Assembly (NCBI RefSeq): GCF_003704095.1
Contig: NW_020847208.1
Span: 310,001-374,000 of the forward strand
Origin: Pocillopora damicornis
Taxonomy: Eukaryota
Reading direction: 5' to 3'
Length of the DNA: 64,000 bases
Below are positions 25,501-37,922 of the stretch, piece after piece (the first letter of the stretch is position 1; each line of letters starts with the position of its first letter). The translations under genes and the position numbers were made by a program. Under the pieces are notes generated by a model. It saw only the letters and a list, made by a program, of their open reading frames with translations, was not told the origin of the DNA and made no database searches.

Positions 25501-28500
25501 CATTTTTTTTTCCCATTATTTGCACTACTGTTCATTTCGTTTTGTCAATCCTTTCACACTAAAAATATAAAAAAAAAACAAGAAAAACTTTGCAGTGTAA
25601 AAAAAGAAACGACACGATACATTTTCTTATTTTTCTGTTAGGAGGAGTTGCAGGTGGAGTCGGTGGAATGGGTGTTGGAGGTTCCACAGGCGCTGTTGGA
25701 GGCTCCACAGGCGCAGTCGGTGGTGCCATGGGTGGAGGAGGAGGTGAGTTGAGCAACTGCTTATTTCAATCTTTCAAGGAACAATTTTTCGTTCGAGTGG
25801 ATCCTTTTCTAGGGCTGTTTTCTCAGAAACTTTCGTCTAAGTTTATCCGAGATCAAATCAGTCAGTCACAAGAATATATAACACGTATAACTGTATTCTC
25901 GAAAAAAATCTATAAATACAGGCGAAAAAAAGGTTCAACTTTTGATTCGTCAAACAGTTGCAGATTATTAAAGTTTCCTTTTCATTTCACCATCTCCTAT
26001 TTCCTCCATGAGCGATCCTATTTATCCATCCAGATTAGATGTTAATTAAATACTCTCCGACAAGTCAATAAATAATCTAAGGACGAAACTTGACGGGTTT
26101 AAGTACTCTCAGACTGCCTCGACCCTGTGTATGTATACGTGGGTATCTTACGTGTACCTGAGTGTATCAGAAAACTGGCCAAGAACTTTATACTTGGCCT
26201 CCCCGTAAGTCGTCCTTGGTTAATATTCAAGGAATAGGTCAGAGGAGGAATAAAATGGAAACTTTTAACAGATAATTGATCCAAAAAGCTTTCAATGATC
26301 ATCAAGGGAGAGGATAACAATTTACAGTCCATTTCGGCACTGCCAGTATGTAGACCCGGATTCGCGATACACGAATCGTCACTTTTTAATTTGTGCGCGA
26401 CGCCAGCAAGTCGAAATATGCCCGTAACCGTTACACTCTCGCTGCAACCTGTAGTGATTCATTCAACCGCATTCCAAGATGGGAAATAATGAACGATTCA
26501 TGTTTTGAGACCCGGAGTCTACAAACTGCACTAAAACTAGCCGTCAAATTCTAATTCTATTATACAGGAGTAGGAGGGGTAGGTCCTGGTTGTTCTGTAA
26601 GACCGCTTCATTTGCCTCACCTCTGTGGATGTCAGCCGTTAGCGCCCATTTGCGGAACGCAAAACGTTGGCGAAGGTAATCTTTTTATGCCACCTAACCA
26701 TAGTAGAAAAAAATCGTAAAAATCAATTATATTCAGATTGAAAAACTACCAACAATGTTTACAGAAGAACAACTGACGGCTGACATTCACATCTGCAAGT
26801 TACTTCTGCATTAATATCAGCGGCTTTACCTCGCGATAACAATAAGAGACGTTGAAAGGACGTATGTGTATGTCATTTGAAAAAATTTCTCCTGGAAACT
26901 GGCGCCCACCTATAGGTGATGCCATGGCTGAGGTAAGAAAACCACGAAGATCTGCAATATACTCTGTCGAAAACAACATATCGATATCCAATGGAACAGA
27001 GAGACTAATATTTGACCGGGGAAAGGTGAATGCCACCAATGCAAACAACTCTCTCAAACATCCAGACACGAGGAAACATACGGTCCTTCGGATAACAGTT
27101 GTAAAACACGGTCGAAACCAAAGTGGCGAAACACCCCAAGTTCTAACTGTAACCAATGATTTTAAACAGGGAAATATGAGAGAGACTGGAGCTAATGCCA
27201 GGAGCAAATCTTTAGATATCATGAAGGGAGCAAACGTTCCCATTTCCTTTCAAGTCAGCGGTAGGGGATCGGGCGAAAAGGACGTCTTACTTAACGACTT
27301 ATACGGCGGCAAGCAAATTTCTTTTGATGGGCGTTCTTCAAATGAAAGCAGTGAACACGTACCACAACAAAAAGAGGCTTCTGATTTATCAGCTCAAAAC
27401 CCGGATAAGCAGCAAGGTAAAACAGATTCGAATGTGTTATTGGAGGCGAAGTTGAATCCGCTTAGAATAGGTATTCAGCTGGATGGTGACAAAACTAGCA
27501 AAGAAGAGTCCACTAATCAGCCTACTGAAAGCATTTCTCTTCAAGAAGTTTTAAAGGATATTGATGATACATCACAAAAAGCGGATCCTTCACTGGATGA
27601 AAACAAGGGTAAAAAAGAGAACGCAGTTCTTATAAGTTTAAATAATGAGAACGTAAAAGATGACGATTCGCATGGCACGCAACAACATGTGGTCAAGGAG
27701 GACGAAAACCTGGGTAAGTTACATATACAGGCAACGAGCAACAAAGAAAACAAAAATGGAACAGAAGTAAATACGGCGGGGGTTTCCATAACAACGGAGA
27801 GCAAGGGGCTTCAAACGAATGGCCTTATGAAAGTTCTTTTGACCAAGTTACTTGGAAGCGACATAAAAGATGCATTGAAAGAAAAGGAATCAGAAGCGCT
27901 AAAGCCAACAGGTGGCAGAAGAATTTCCTCTTCATTAGATATGGCATCCACAACTGCTGCTGGTACTTCTGTAGAATCTCCTCCTGGAACAATGAAAGGT
28001 GTGGACACAGCCGAAATGAACAACAACGCAGGAGCAGTCAACAGTATTGAGCCACCTTCAATGCACCAAACTGGTCCTCAGTGCCTCGGAGGAGAGCCTG
28101 AACCGGACCTGTTGCCTACTACCGGAACAAGAGTTCCAGGAAATCTTCGTCTACCAGGCGGGAGGGACTGCTCTCAGGGAATGGAAAGTTTACCCTCTTC
28201 AAACGTAGCGTCGAGTTCACCAACAGGCATGGTAATTGACTCTGCACCAGGAACACAGCAAGCAGTCGGAAATGGAATGCCCCCTCCCGCCCAGGTGGTG
28301 CCAAATCCGCCTCCCCTTGTTCCCTCTAACCAAAGATTTGGCTCCACAACGCCAGCCGGGGTTGGTGTTGAATCACCGCCTGGTACCATTCATGCGGTTG
28401 GTACCAGTATTCCTGCAGAGGGCATCAGTGAATTAGGTGATAATGGTAAGATAAGATGGTGAAAGAAGCATGCGCATGGACTCTCAAAGCGATGACTGCA

Positions 28501-31500
28501 TGGTGGCTGACAAGACTCCTCTAACATACTGGGCGTAAAACGCATGAGACTCTCTTCTACTTGAATTCAAGAGAAGACCCAAGACGCATAAAGTTTTCAA
28601 CTCTACTATTGCATCTAACTTTTATTATAATATCACTTGTTACCTTGGGCTGCAAGTGCAAAATTTGGCTCTCGCCTACGTTTCTTCTAACGCATTCGCA
28701 AAAACCCCAAATACTTTCTTCATTATATTGCCATAATGCAATAACAAAGGCACTGATTAGTCCATCAGTATTTAATATCAGCATATCTGTAATGAAAACT
28801 AAAATAACATGAAAGTAGACTCTGAAATAAAATACGCATAAATTCGTGTGCTGCCGTTTGCTGTTTAGTGAGTTCCAATTTAACGATGAAAAGCTAAGTA
28901 CTTACCTCATGACAAGCCATAAAAATCAAAGCATATTTGCTCACATCTGTAAACTAAGCGACATTTATAACATAAGATAAAAGTACCCTTGAGTGAAGAT
29001 AAAATACAGTTCTTACTAAATAGTGGTTTGTGCATATTAAAGAGGATGTTGCTGCGGTTTCATAATAATGTAACGTTAACCTCATTCTCACTGATATGCA
29101 ATTAACATGCTGTTTTTCGCTTGCTAAAACGCAATAAGGAATGTTTCAATTTTTTAGGAGAAATAGGCTATTATTTTTTCTGGCTCACATAGATAGCATT
29201 TATAAGCTACTTCTTCAGGTCCTAAACGATATTTGATTTGAAAGCAAAGTCGTTTTTTTCTCGTGAATTTCCGAATAATTAATAAGCGCGGTAAAATAAA
29301 ATTGAAAAAAAGAAGAAAAAGAAAAAAAATCAAATTTCGTCGTTATAAGTTTCTGTTACTAAACAGATGCTCGAGAAATTATAATCTGTTGTTCTCATTT
29401 ATTTTTTAATTTTCCCTAGGAGCGTCAACAGGAGTTACTGGCGGGGTAGGGGGAAGCATTGGAGGTGGCATCGGAGGCGCGGGGGGTATGGTAGGAGCAG
29501 GCGGAACAAATATTGGAGTCGGAGGGGGAAATATAGGGGGTGGACTTGGCGTTGGAGCTGGAGGTATGACTGGAGGAGGTGGCGGTGTTGGGGCTGGTGG
29601 AATGGGTGGAGGCGGCGCTGTTGGAGCTGGTGGGATGGCTGGAGGTGGTGGAATGACAGGTGGAGGCATGGTCGGGGGTGGCGGGATGGCGGGTGGTGCC
29701 ACGGTTGGAGGCGGCGGAATGGTGGGTGGAGGCATGGTCGGAGGCGGTGGGATGACGGGTGGTGGTATGACTGGAGCCGGTGGGATGACGGGTGGTGGCG
29801 GAATGGTAGGAGGTGGTNNNNNNNNNNNNNNNNNNNNNNNNNNNNNNNNNNNNNNNTATCGGTGCAATAGGTGGGGGTATGGGTGGTATTGGGACTGGCG
29901 GTGGAGTAGGTATCGGGGGAGGCATCGGTGGAGCTAATATGGGTGGAGCTGGAGCGGGAAGTGTAGGAGGAGCAAGAGGAATGGAAGGTGAGCACGTAAC
30001 AACACCTTAAATATTTGATTTCGTTGTTCTGATTTTAATATCTAGACACAAAAGTCATGAATGACTGGTTAATTCTTCTCTCTTGCCATTTTCTATAGTC
30101 GTATTGGATTTGGCGTTCTTGGTCGATGGGTCTTCAGCTGTTGGAAACGAACAAAACTTCCAGCAGTTACTCAACTTCGTTAGCGCCGTGACGCATTCAT
30201 TCTCCATCCATCACGACATGACTCGCGTCGGAGTTGTTGTTTTTTCTCTTGAGGCTTTTGTCATCTTTAACTTTCACACATACTTTGATATACAAAACAT
30301 CGATCAAGCACTGTCTTCTGTGCAATATCCTGGAACAGATGGTCCAGGAACATATATAGGACGGGGTTTGCTTGTTGCAAAGCACTACCTCTTCAGTGCC
30401 TCAGGAAGAGGACATGTGCCGAGAGCCATTGTTCTTCTTGCTGCCGGAAGATCTATTGATGATGTTATCACACCGTCTATGGATATCAGGTCGAATGGAG
30501 TGGAAATGTTTTGCGTGGGTATCGGCAACCTTTACAGTAAATTACAACTTCACGCAATGGCAAGTTTTCCACACAGTGAACACATTTTCAGGGGTGATTA
30601 CTCACAAATGGGGCGAACTGCACAACAAGTCGTCACCAAGATATTAAAAGGTCAGAATGACACTTTTTTAATCAATTTGTGAAATGAATAGTATATGCTT
30701 GTCTCGTCGTTGAAGTTATTTCCTTCATGGGTTGCGACGTTTCAACCGATTCTAACAAAATGTGCATTTATCTTAAACAGGCATTTCTGTTCACTTCTGT
30801 CGACCCTGCTTTGACGGTGAGTTCGATAAGAACATTTTAATGGAAATTCCTAGAGGTAAATTATGGTTTTTTTTAATGTATGTAAAAAACGTGTACATAT
30901 GTTATAGGGCATCAGGAACTGTGTGATTACTGTCCAAGTGAATTTCAAGATGACGATGAAGTGGAAGAGGGCTTCAAGCGTCACCATCATCATCATCATA
31001 GGCATGATAAAGTCCACGTTCAACCGTTTGATGGTGAGCGGAGACATTCCAAGAGAAAACGACCCACTGCCAAAATCAGTGGAGATTATGAAGTCAAGCA
31101 ATTAGCCGGACAAACTATGGGCCGAAAAACACATGAAGAGCAAAGCTATAACGCTGACTCATTTAGCAACACCAATGATGCCGTACACCCCACAACAAAT
31201 CCTGACACAGATTATTATGGTGAATACAAATTTGATGACGGAAAAATGACCGTGGAAGACAATGGTAAGTATTCCTAAGAAAGTATAAAGAATTACCAAT
31301 AATTCAAGATCAGTTCAGTTTACACGTGAACAAAAATTTCTTTGACAAATGAAATTTCTCCAGGAATTTTGGACTCTCTGCTAGATCTTAGGCTTAAGAT
31401 AATCAAGTATTATTTGTTGCCGCTTGGTATTCGAATATTTACCACCCGTCTAATAAACGAAGCTAGCACGGTCAACCAAGCGAGCGACTTCGGTTATCTC

Positions 31501-32506
31501 ACAGTTTAAACTGGCCTGGTTTACTGATCGCTAATCAAATGGCTCTATAAACGCAATCGCTACCCTTTCAATACTTATATTTTAGTATGTGAAAAGGAAT
31601 GAATAACCATTAAACTAATAAATGATCCAGTTTACGACCAATTATAATTTTCTATCTATACCGTTCCGAAGTGGAGGTAGCTTTAGTCAAAGAATAATTA
31701 AAGTGGGCTCATGATTTATTTCTATAATGACAGACTGCAAGGACTACTCAGATGACTGCAACGACTATGCGTCACGTGGTTTTTGTAGTGAGTATGCTCC
31801 GACAGCCAGCATAGGAACCATAAACATGATGTGTAAGAGAGCATGTGGTACCTGCTCATCCAATAGAATGTGAGTGTACATCTCCGCTGCCTTCAACCCA
31901 GTAACTAGTATAAAGATAATTAAGAAACACCTAGTTAAAATCCTTTGGCGCCTTTGAAGGTAATTCGTACCAGAGCAAGCCAAGTATTCTTATACATCAC
32001 GGGCAGCTTTTGTTTCAGGCGAAAATTTTCAATTTCAAGGTTGAGTGTGTAAGTTATACAATGTCTCTGAGTGCGAGCAAATACAGACTGCCTTTCTTCA
32101 ATAATTTTAGTTTCATGATCAGCGACATAAAATGCTCAGGTATGAATCATTCACCTTCTTTCTCTGAGAGTTGTTCTCCCATAATACAATTTTTTTTTAA
32201 TTTCGGTCGGCTTTTTAAAGAAATTTGTTATGAACAATATTGCATCTTAATGCACGCCCAAGAAACTATTTTATATTACATAACTGTAAAGTAACACAGC
32301 TCATCGAACAAACAATTTTTGTCGAAGATATTGTATTCTGAAAGCGCTGATTGTGCTTTTTTTTTTTCTCCTTATTTTGAAGGCCCAAAGAAAAACAGGA
32401 TACGTACGAGCTTAGCGAAAGAGATCCTTTTTATAAGAAAGAAGAAATTGAAAACGCCAAGGATCAAAAACCGAACCACCTGAAGCACCGTTTAAATAAA
32501 CTGTAA
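13526..32506 (+). CDS. Gene 2: secreted ~2270-aa protein with 5xVWA, Gly-rich linkers, poly-His block and C-terminal ShKT; tandem paralog of gene 1
   Basis: Coding exons: 13526-13610 (signal MNVNLFFVLAWNVLVIFKISTVSSALKR), 14733-14966 (basic propeptide), 15615-16169 (VWA1), 16448-16477, 16595-16780, 17310-17339, 17783-17940 + 18404-18779 (VWA2), 19429-19479, 19996-20213 + 20629-21004 (VWA3), 21372-21704 (GAAG repeat), 22544-23089 (VWA4), 24822-24875, 25300-25377, 25642-25743, 26568-26675, 26916-28445, 29420-29987 (contains N gap), 30099-30650 (VWA5), 30781-30816, 30908-31264, 31734-31869 (ShKT) and 32383-32506 (TAA). Junctions are GT-AG and phase-compatible, except that frame cannot be checked across the N gap. 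Probable 5'UTR exon donor at 13392. Confidence 0.85.
15615..16169 (+). CDS. Gene 2 VWA1 exon, canonical MIDAS, collagen VI/matrilin-like
   Basis: DLGFLIDGSGS...RTKTGAAL...VLTDG: DxSxS, T and D all present, with flanking Cys at both ends. Confidence 0.9.
18846..19085. mobile_element. Penelope-like-element-derived inverted repeat with degraded hammerhead cores
   Basis: Inverted arms 'gggtaatttggtattatcaactgagttgataacgtaaattagccacc' / 'ggtggctaatttacgttataaactcagttgatgatattgaataaccc' plus tail 'cccaccgacgcagcaccac'. Homologous to 49868-50124, 54172-54346 and 57568-57668. Confidence 0.7.
21372..21704 (+). repeat. Coding Gly/Ala tandem repeat exon (GGAA)n, ~12-nt period
   Basis: Repeated 'ggaggagcagct/ggaggagccgcc'. 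A 333-nt phase 1-1 exon. The minus-strand PPAA ORF is its antisense. Confidence 0.85.
26916..28445 (+). CDS. Gene 2 1530-nt low-complexity exon (510 aa)
   Basis: Lies within ORF 26852-28462. Acceptor 'cctatag|GT GAT GCC', donor 'AAT G|gtaag', phase 1-1. Charged N-half, Pro/Ser/Gly/Thr C-half with repeated VESPPGT. Confidence 0.75.
29420..29987 (+). repeat. Coding Gly/Met repeat exon (GGGM[T/V/A])n spanning a 39-N gap
   Basis: 'ccctag|GA GCG TCA...' to 'GAA G|gtgagc'. About 60% Gly with periodic Met. Confidence 0.8.
29818..29856. other. Assembly gap; others at 38723-38743, 62046-62145 and 63709-63808
   Basis: Runs of N. Confidence 0.99.
31734..31869 (+). CDS. ShKT (ShK toxin-like) domain exon of gene 2, missed by the ORF track
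   Basis: DCKDYSDDCNDYASRGFCSEYAPTASIGTINMMCKRACGTC: six Cys, starting CxD and ending CxxxCGxC. Confidence 0.88.
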
Positions 32507-33199
32507 CGCAGTGATCACAGTAGAGAATCATCCTAAAAGAACACTTCTTTCAAAGAAGATTTGTTACTGTCCCCCCTCCCCCCACCCCTTATAAATTATT
32601 CTTTAATCACCCTCTTTTGGAGATGCGAGAACTATCTAGATGTTTCTGTACATACAGGTATTACCTGTATGCTGTTGCAAACTCTTGACGGTTATATAGC
32701 TAAACCATTTTCTCCTTGTAAATTGTTTAGAAATGTACTTCATGTATCTGCACATACTTAAGGACAGGACAAACACAATCAAGAGTACAATCTCGTGTTG
32801 TTACATGAAGCAAATTACTGAAAAAGGAAATAATCCAAAATCTACTCGGTACAAATGTTAGGCTTTAAGCATTACAACAAATTTGTTACGGACCTGTGCC
32901 ACGCTTTTCTTTCTAAAATGATATATAGCTTCTAATGAGGGAAATGACTGAGATCCTTGCAGCCTTTTATTATCTCTGAATTTCATAGCTGGCGTTTGCA
33001 GACTAGCTTGTTGCACATTTTTACAAAAATATAAGTTGGGTCGATCATCTTTGGTATCACATTGTGGCTATCGAAGAGTCAGTACAACTACAATTTCTAA
33101 GGTGCAACTTGTTTTTAATTAGAATGCTTCGATTACAGCTTTGAGAAAACTTTAACGTCTACGATACTTTAAAGCGCTGTGAAGAAGTTTCTTCATTTA

Positions 33200-35781
33200 T
33201 TAGATGCCCACTTCCTTCTCTGGTTCTGAAAGAAACACAAAGGTAACACCGCAAAAGACAATGATGTGGAATTAAAAAGACTCAGAGGAGAGAATCATAA
33301 AAATGTAATAAACTTGCCTTTTTTGACTGTTAAGCTGGTACACTACAAGTCAAGAAAATTAATACCCTAGAAGGTTAGCTGCAATCTAGCAATTGCAAAA
33401 AAGAAGCTTGAAATGTATTTTAGGCATCGACAGGATACGAACCCTCTCTTCCCAGATACTAGCTTGGCGCTATTATTAACCGAAACTAAGAAGCCAAACG
33501 TTGGTCGCATGGAAAATTAAATGGGGTTCTTCTTTCCCCGTGGAGATATCTGATCACAATTTGTAATGAAATAAATTTCATCCGACCTGCCTGCTGAAAA
33601 TCAAGTACATCCATTGACCTGACACACGTAATTACTTATAACTAACGGACGGCACCAAAATTGACTTGAGTTGATAAGATTATTTTATGAGTGCCAAAAC
33701 CTTCCGCGTAACACTTATTCTTAACATAAACAAGGCCGACGCTAAAAGAGCTAAAGGAAAACAAAGATAAAGATCAGTCAAAACCTAGAGCCAAACTGAG
33801 GATGGACCGATCAAGTGATAAATCATAAAAAGCAATTGAGTAGATCACGAATCTCTATATTTTATTTATACTCACCTTCTAGCAAGAGGTACACGAAGTT
33901 GGCGTTGGCCTTCCCAACACACTCGCCTTCATCATTGATATTACACATCGTGAAGTTCTTACCGATGCACAATTGGGATTCTCCATGAAGAGAATACTGG
34001 TCACATGACTCTGGACCCGACCAACATTCTCCATAATGCTGAAGACCAAACATAGTGTATCCATGCTGAGAGGCAGTCTGGGCACAACGGCACGCGAGGC
34101 TAGGAAATGATTATTTTTCTCGGTCAAGTTTAGAAATGAAGATTCACATTTTAATTCCATGCGGGCAAATTGAAAAGCATAGATTACAGAGTATTAATTT
34201 GTCCTGAGAACCAGATATATAACTTTGAATGAATTTTAATTAACTGAGAGCCACTTTAAGAAAGACAATGCTTACTTCAAAGGTTGCGAGACTGTTTTCA
34301 AACTTGAAGAGAATTTCAACACAAAGACTACAAGGAATAAATAAAATGCTCAAAAGTTCAAAAGCGCGCGCATAAATATATCTTTCGCAAGAAAGTCATG
34401 ATGCCGATAATTATGCTTTCCCACATTCATATCAAGTTATTCGTATTCATTAACTGTACAAACCCATGCATGTAAGCTTCCCAGTTCTTCCAGTCGATCT
34501 GTTGACTTTGGGATGACCTGCCGCGGTCATTGATAAGCAGTTTAGACATGGATCTGGACCATGTCCTGTCCTGGAAGCATCCTAACTTGTAGAAGGATCG
34601 CTCGCATGTGACATGCTGACCATGCACTAGTCAAGAAAAGGAACGAATTGGTCAAAGTAAAGCAAATGATTTGAACCTCATCGAAAGGGAAATGTTTTTC
34701 AATCTGCCAAATTAGCTACAACAAAATTCACCTCATTTTTTAAGTAGGATTCGGTTAAAAGAAAAACGCGAAGTCGTTTACTGAAAAAACAAGTAGATCC
34801 TTGTATCCGCTAGTTCCCATTTTAAGCTAATTTAATCTTAAGTTATATATGTAGTCAATAGAACTACGATTATCAGGTTTATTCTATGATGCTTGAGAGC
34901 TGCCAGCGGGAAAAAATTAGTTAAACATATTTAGATATCAGGTAAACAATTTTTATGAACGACTCGAGAATTGTTGTTATCACGATTTATCGCCCCTTTT
35001 AACCCTTCCATTGATTTCCATGAGATTCTATTTGCTACTTTACATTACAGGGTGCATATTCAGCGAACAGTTATCACGCAACAACCCCTATCTACGTCGA
35101 TATTTGTCCCATGACTATTTCCGTCGAAAACAAACAAAGCCGGCGGGAAAAAGCCAGCTTAAGAGTTTTGCTTTTGCATCTTTCTTACTTCAAATGAAAG
35201 AGTGACCAACTCAAAAAGTCAACGGAATTTCTTGTCAACGCGCGATACGAAAATGAATGGAAGGGTTAGAAAATAAATAGCCTCCCTTCTGGTTGGCTGA
35301 TATGTCGGCTGATAATGTTCTTGGCTGAGAGATTGTCCTCAGAATTTATTTGCACTTGAAGCTTCGATTCTCGGCCAACTTTTCGTTTTTCGGACAATCT
35401 CTCAGACGCGGACATTGTCAATGGACGTACCAGCCGCCTAAAGGGGTTCGTCTACTGATTAATTCATCACACCCAAGAGAATATAATCTCTTTTCATACC
35501 TCAAGAAAAAACTTCTTCCCCTTACTTAATTTCGCGATAACGTAGAACAACAACAAGCGAGTTAAAAAAAACGTTTAGGGAGAGAGGGGTGAAAATGAAA
35601 ATGATGTTAGGATCTAAATGGTGTCACCACCGTAATTTTGATGCCAGTCGCCGGCCGATTTATAAATGTTGTGCCGAGATAACCCCTTTACGTGGCAAGT
35701 GCAAAAGACAAAATTACAGAGTCTACCTGAAGAGAATGACACTCTGAAAACCAGGAATGCAAGGAAAAACAGCCTCATCAT
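33200..35781 (-). CDS. WSC-like Cys-rich small secreted protein, paralog A
   Basis: Exons 35781-35727 (signal MMRLFFLAFLVFRVSFSS), 34626-34464 (VHGQHVTC..KLGCFQD..IDWKNW), 34099-33876 (LACRCA..FGLQHYGECWSG..CVGKANANFVY) and 33225-33200 (EPEKEVGI*). The TAA overlaps AATAAA. 5'UTR donor near 36988. Confidence 0.88.
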
Positions 35782-36954
35782 CTCATCAAGCCCTGAAACG
35801 AAGTTCCTAACAGAAAGTGACAGAAAAAGAGAGCTTAAGTACACTCCGGAATTATGAAACATGGAAATATGCTGATTTGAATTCATATCCGACATCAATT
35901 TCAAAATAAAAGTTGTGTCCGTATTGTCGATGGCGTTTAAAAGGTCAAAATTTGCATTAATAGAGAATTCGTCCATGCTCAGCACGCGTCTATCGAGTTG
36001 AGGATGCGGGAAGTTTGGAGTACACGTGAGAAGCGTAAAAGTTGCTCGAGGCGCAGGACATATCAACACTTCAAAATAGTTTTTATCGTTTAATGAAGGT
36101 TACCCAAAATCGCAAGGCCTCAGTTGAAGTCAGAAAGCTTAGGTTTGTTTTCAGCCATATTTCGCATCGCGAATGAAGTATCGTTAACTCCAAAATTTAT
36201 TTCGTCGCTTTAAAGAACTAAATACTCATTGTTTTTCGAAACGAGTATTATTTAGCAAGTTTTATTTCTATTTTGAGCTCCAAAAGGTCTATCTCAATCA
36301 AAATAGAGCGGGTAAAAGTTTTGAATCCTCGCGGCTAAACTCAACGGGAACTTTCAGCCAAAGAGAAATCGCACATGTCATGTAATAGATGCACGGCTGT
36401 ACTGTACATAGCGATTTTTACCATGCTAGCTCCTTAGGAAATAGATAGGTCTTGCGCGCGCGCTATGTTATAACAATACTTCATCCTCTATCGATGTTAA
36501 ACAATAAAATTTAATTTCCTTCCTTAACTAATGCACGGCATGATAAAGGCTTTTTCTTCAATATCGGTTCCTTGGTAAATTGAAAATTCAGAAAGCTGAA
36601 AGAATTCTGAAAGGTTCTCGAATCTTTGTGTCAACAGAGAAATTGGACATCGGGAATATTTTCCTTACTTGTAAACATCCAAATGTGCAACAAACGAAGG
36701 GCAACTAAAAAAGTATAATCTAAGGATGCAGTTATCATCGAGAAAAATGACAAGAATGACAAGCGAAGTGGTTGACTTGGTGTGTATGGTGTTTTCATTC
36801 AAAACCAGTAATGATATATTGCAGATGATATATTTAAAATCAGTATAACGATATAAGCAAACTAGGCCAAGTGTTGAGGAGTCAGTCATTACTATGTCAT
36901 CATTGAAGCTAACAAAGATACTGACTTATTTTAAAAAATGATATGGGATTTAAA

Positions 36955-36978
36955 ATATATATATATATATATATATAT
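36955..36978. repeat. (AT)n microsatellite
   Basis: Read directly. Other microsatellites: (TTTG)n ~147-171 and (AAT)n ~3756-3796. Confidence 0.9.
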
Positions 36979-37922
36979 TCATACTTACCTGAGTTTTTAG
37001 TTAAACGATTTGAAATTCTGCTCAACGATGATATCCGTTCGCGTTCGCCAAACTAAACTCACATGTGAAGTTTTGTTGTCTCAAAGCTGCAGTGATTTAC
37101 ATTACAATAAAACACTTTTCACACGTCGACGAACCAATTACCAACATTTGTCTCCTTACACGGAAAGAAATTTAGTTAAAGAATTCAGTTCTGTGAGCCA
37201 GACAATGAAAGAAACAACGAAATAATTCTCTGTATCCTGATGAAATTAAATTTCAAAGTTTTTGACCAAAAAAAGTCAGTCATTTAAAAATCTATAATCA
37301 TTTTATAATTGGCTGTGCGCACGAAGTCAAATAAACAGAACAATCTCCAGTTTTCAGCTTTTGATTAAGCTCAAAGAAATAATGATTTCAAGTCCTCATT
37401 CTCTTTTTGTAAAATCAAAATGTATTTTCAGATGACATACCATTATGATGTATAAACAAAAAATAAAAGACTCTCTCTCTAAAAATAAACATTTCCTACA
37501 AAATTCATATCCGACAATCGAATAATTTACATAGACTAACTGGTATGGTTATTATAATTTTTCATTCAAGACGAATTTCGTGTCATACTCATATGAACAA
37601 TGACTATGCAGTTGCTCCTGCAACCATCGCTTGTTTCAAATTTGGATCAATTACATTGTGATTTCTTCCATAAATGAGAGTGGTCTTAAGCAAATGAATC
37701 AATGGATATGAGCTGTTAGGTGAACAGTTTGTCAGTAGGCGTCAGGCTACCTAACTAGGAGCAAAATACTCTTTTTATTAACTAAATATTGCTTCAAGGA
37801 GAATTTTTGTCCTTCCCCTGTGTATTTTTTTGATAATGATCATCTCATATTACACAAATCACACGTATTCTGAAATACTCATTTATTATTAACTTTTTCG
37901 GTGTTTAAGTGCGCATAGACTT

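Noticed and set aside
26852-28462. 536-aa ORF as a stand-alone intronless gene
   Set aside because: It starts at TTG, has no signal peptide, and has phase-1 splice sites at 26916 and 28445 that fit gene 2.
16595-29987. Collagen triple helix in gene 2
   Set aside because: Gly occurs in GG/GGG runs, not Gly-X-Y triplets, and Pro is absent from the repeats.
35270-36070. Probable interspersed repeat fragments (35270-35450, 35900-36070; also ~11150-11270, ~39500-39640, ~57930-58200)
   Set aside because: They look like common non-autonomous repeats, but I cannot define their ends or family from this window.
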